In this document: positions 61,831 through 64,000 of the stretch, one piece after another | Layout of the letters: each line of letters begins with the position of its first letter | How positions within the stretch are numbered: the stretch's first letter is position 1 | Source: Patellaria atrata CBS 101060 | Lineage: Eukaryota | Assembly (NCBI GenBank): GCA_010093705.1 | Contig: MU006092.1 | Span: forward strand, 1,072,350 to 1,136,349 | DNA length: 64,000 nt | Direction of reading: 5' to 3' | Position numbers and translations under genes: made by a program | Notes under the pieces: generated by a model | Seen by the model: the letters and a program-made list of their open reading frames with translations, nothing else | What the model was told of the DNA's origin: nothing | Databases searched by the model: none

Positions 61831-62575
61831 GACTGAAGATGTTTTTGATAGCTGTAGATAAGAAGACAATGAAGCTAAGTTTATGATCTTCAGATCAACA
61901 GGAGAAATAAATGAAGTCTGCCTACAGGGTTTTATGTGACTATGTAAGCACACGATGGCTCCACCTGGGTGCACGTAGAAAAATCTGTACAGTCAGTTAC
62001 ATGTATGGCCGGGGAGTGACACTCCAAAGCTGCTTGATAGGATCTTTTCTTCGAGGATATCAGACGGAGTGGTGCCCGCTGAGGAATAGTCGTTTGCCAC
62101 GCATCGGCATAGCATATCAACGGATGCATCGCTGATGGAGTGTCTTTTGGTGCTATGTTCGTTATGGTTAAGGGGGAGTTCCTCTTTTGCTGAGGTGCAT
62201 TACATAAGCTTTTATGGGGACCGGGATAGAAATTTCGCCTCTCGTGGGAGCCACTTCCTCTCTTCTTTTTCCTCCTCACAGAAAGTTGAACACCCAGAAA
62301 ATTTGACGACTTGCTCCTCTATATGAGCTTGGAGTTGTATTAGCTGGGAAGAAGAAAGCCTCGTTCTCCCAAGAAGTACCTGTTAGCCATCAAAAGCTCT
62401 GAACAGATCACTCCCGTTGGAACGACACATACATACTCCGTACACCCTTACTGAGCTTTCTCAGAAAACAATATCCATCCCCATTCATCAATCACCATGG
62501 CTGTATGAATGGTGCTGCAACAGGTAATTCTTTCTGGCCTGCAGCAGCACCTGTTGAGCTCTTGGTCGAATAGGC

Positions 62576-63322
62576 ATGGCGACCCCCATTCCATTCACAC
62601 CTTTCCGTTTCTTCGACCTCCCATCTGAACTTCGTATACGGATATACGAATATCATCTTCTCACCCCTGATATCATTGACCTCGATCCCCAGAACCACAA
62701 ACAGATATTACCACGATTTAACGTATTCTACGCATGTCGTCGAATGCACGAAGAAGCCTTTAGAGTATTCTACGGTGGTAATACATTTCGTCTCTTCCCA
62801 ACCCACGGTCGATTCATCAACACGAAATGGCCTCTACTGTCTCGAATGCCTGCGCGCTACCGCTCTGCCATCCATACAATAGAGTTATGCTTAGGTCCAG
62901 GCTGGAATAAACCACCGCAAGGTTGGAAGATCGAACCGCACCTAGGACTGGAGGACATGAGATCCCTAAAGCGGTTAAGAATATTCATACAGATGGACCC
63001 GGCTTCAAGCCCTGTTTTCAGTGAGTTCTGTATCAGTAGGGAATACTACACACTCTTTTGTGTAGACCTGCTCAGCGGTATTATGTCGAACGCTGATGGT
63101 ATCGATTTGGTTAAATTTGAAGCATTTCCCTCTGTGGACCAATATGGACCCTTAATGAGTGCTCTTGTCGAAGAAATCAAAACCAGGGGCAAACTTGTCA
63201 AATATGGTCCCTTCCAAGGTTGGGTCGAGGGATGTACGAAAGTGAACCCCATACCATTACGCTTTAGTGCCCTAGAGCTTGAAATTCTCAGGCTTAACGA
63301 TGAAGGGACAATTTTTGGTTAA
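62576..63322 (+). CDS. Fungal hypothetical protein with an N-terminal F-box-like motif, 248 aa
   Basis: PFRFFDLPSELRIRIYEY and CRRMHEEAFRVFYGGNTF, typical of widespread Pezizomycotina F-box-like/DUF proteins. Confidence 0.75.
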   Translation: MATPIPFTPFRFFDLPSELRIRIYEYHLLTPDIIDLDPQNHKQILPRFNVFYACRRMHEEAFRVFYGGNTFRLFPTHGRFINTKWPLLSRMPARYRSAIHTIELCLGPGWNKPPQGWKIEPHLGLEDMRSLKRLRIFIQMDPASSPVFSEFCISREYYTLFCVDLLSGIMSNADGIDLVKFEAFPSVDQYGPLMSALVEEIKTRGKLVKYGPFQGWVEGCTKVNPIPLRFSALELEILRLNDEGTIFG

Positions 63323-64000
63323 ATAATAATATTATAGTCAATGTCGAAGGTCCTGGATCTCCTAACAATATTTCGAGTTTTACATATTACCTTACACGAT
63401 TCAGTATTTATATATATTTTAGTATGATAATATTCCCATCTTTATTCTTTTAAAAGGATCAATTTTTATATCTCTACTGGGTAGCTACCTAGCATTAAGC
63501 TATAAGGACCATATTTTATCCTTGGTTCCCAGGCGCCCATCTTCAGATCAAGTTATCAGAATAAGGTAGTTGAATCTCTTCGTCTCAAGTATGCTTAGTC
63601 TTAAAGCATAATACTATTTTAGTCATCTCATATTCTACACTTGATTCAAAAAAAAAAGAAATTCCAAATCTGCCGTTATAAAAAAGTTTGGATACCCTAA
63701 CGCATCTATCCTCTCCTATGTGTCTAAAAAGGAAAAACCGACAAAAAAAAATAAAAAATAAAAAACAGTTCCCACACCCCCTAGAGGATGTGGTACATCT
63801 GCTGCCCTCAACTTAGGGCCTAAGATATGGGAGCTATTTGCCCCCTCGAGGAGTCGACCCCAGGGCGTGTTGGCGTATTGGCCTGCTAGATGTGGGGGAT
63901 TCCCACCACTAGGCCACAGGCCCTGGGTTATGAGAATAATTGGCAAGAATGCTGTTCATAAGGTGCACGAGTGTTCTCGGGTTACGAGTCCTACGATAGG

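Noticed and set aside
1..64000. CRISPR arrays, prokaryotic defence systems, hammerhead ribozymes
   Set aside because: The sequence is intron-containing fungal DNA with no repeat-spacer array, and the CTGATGA words I saw lack the stem II-GAAA context.

Overview
Eukaryotic genomic DNA from a filamentous ascomycete (Pezizomycotina; short GT-AG introns with CTRAY branch points; class not determinable from sequence alone). The left half (1.7-31 kb) is a block of conserved genes: intronless PRP8 (no intein), RPL34, a Leu3-like Zn2Cys6 factor, a divergent RIC8-like gene, an MFS sugar transporter, molybdopterin synthase small subunit, IMPDH, IQGAP and a SET/MYND methyltransferase. Two intronic box C/D snoRNAs absent from the ORF track were read from the sequence: a U45-like one in a 5'-UTR intron of the MOCS2A gene and an snR54-like one in IMPDH intron 2. 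The right half is more accessory: CpG-depleted LINE remnants (one with a 10-bp TSD), a polyamine oxidase, orphan low-complexity genes, a secreted Thr-rich protein, GH76, tRNA-Leu(CAG), a 2-hydroxyacid dehydrogenase and an F-box-like-motif protein. The most unusual feature is a tandem array (54.5-58.9 kb) of four small same-strand disordered ORFs, all starting Met-Gly with Cys in the first six residues (putative myristoyl/palmitoyl anchors), followed by a zinc-ribbon gene with an early in-frame TAG. All family assignments come from remembered motifs; no database search was run.
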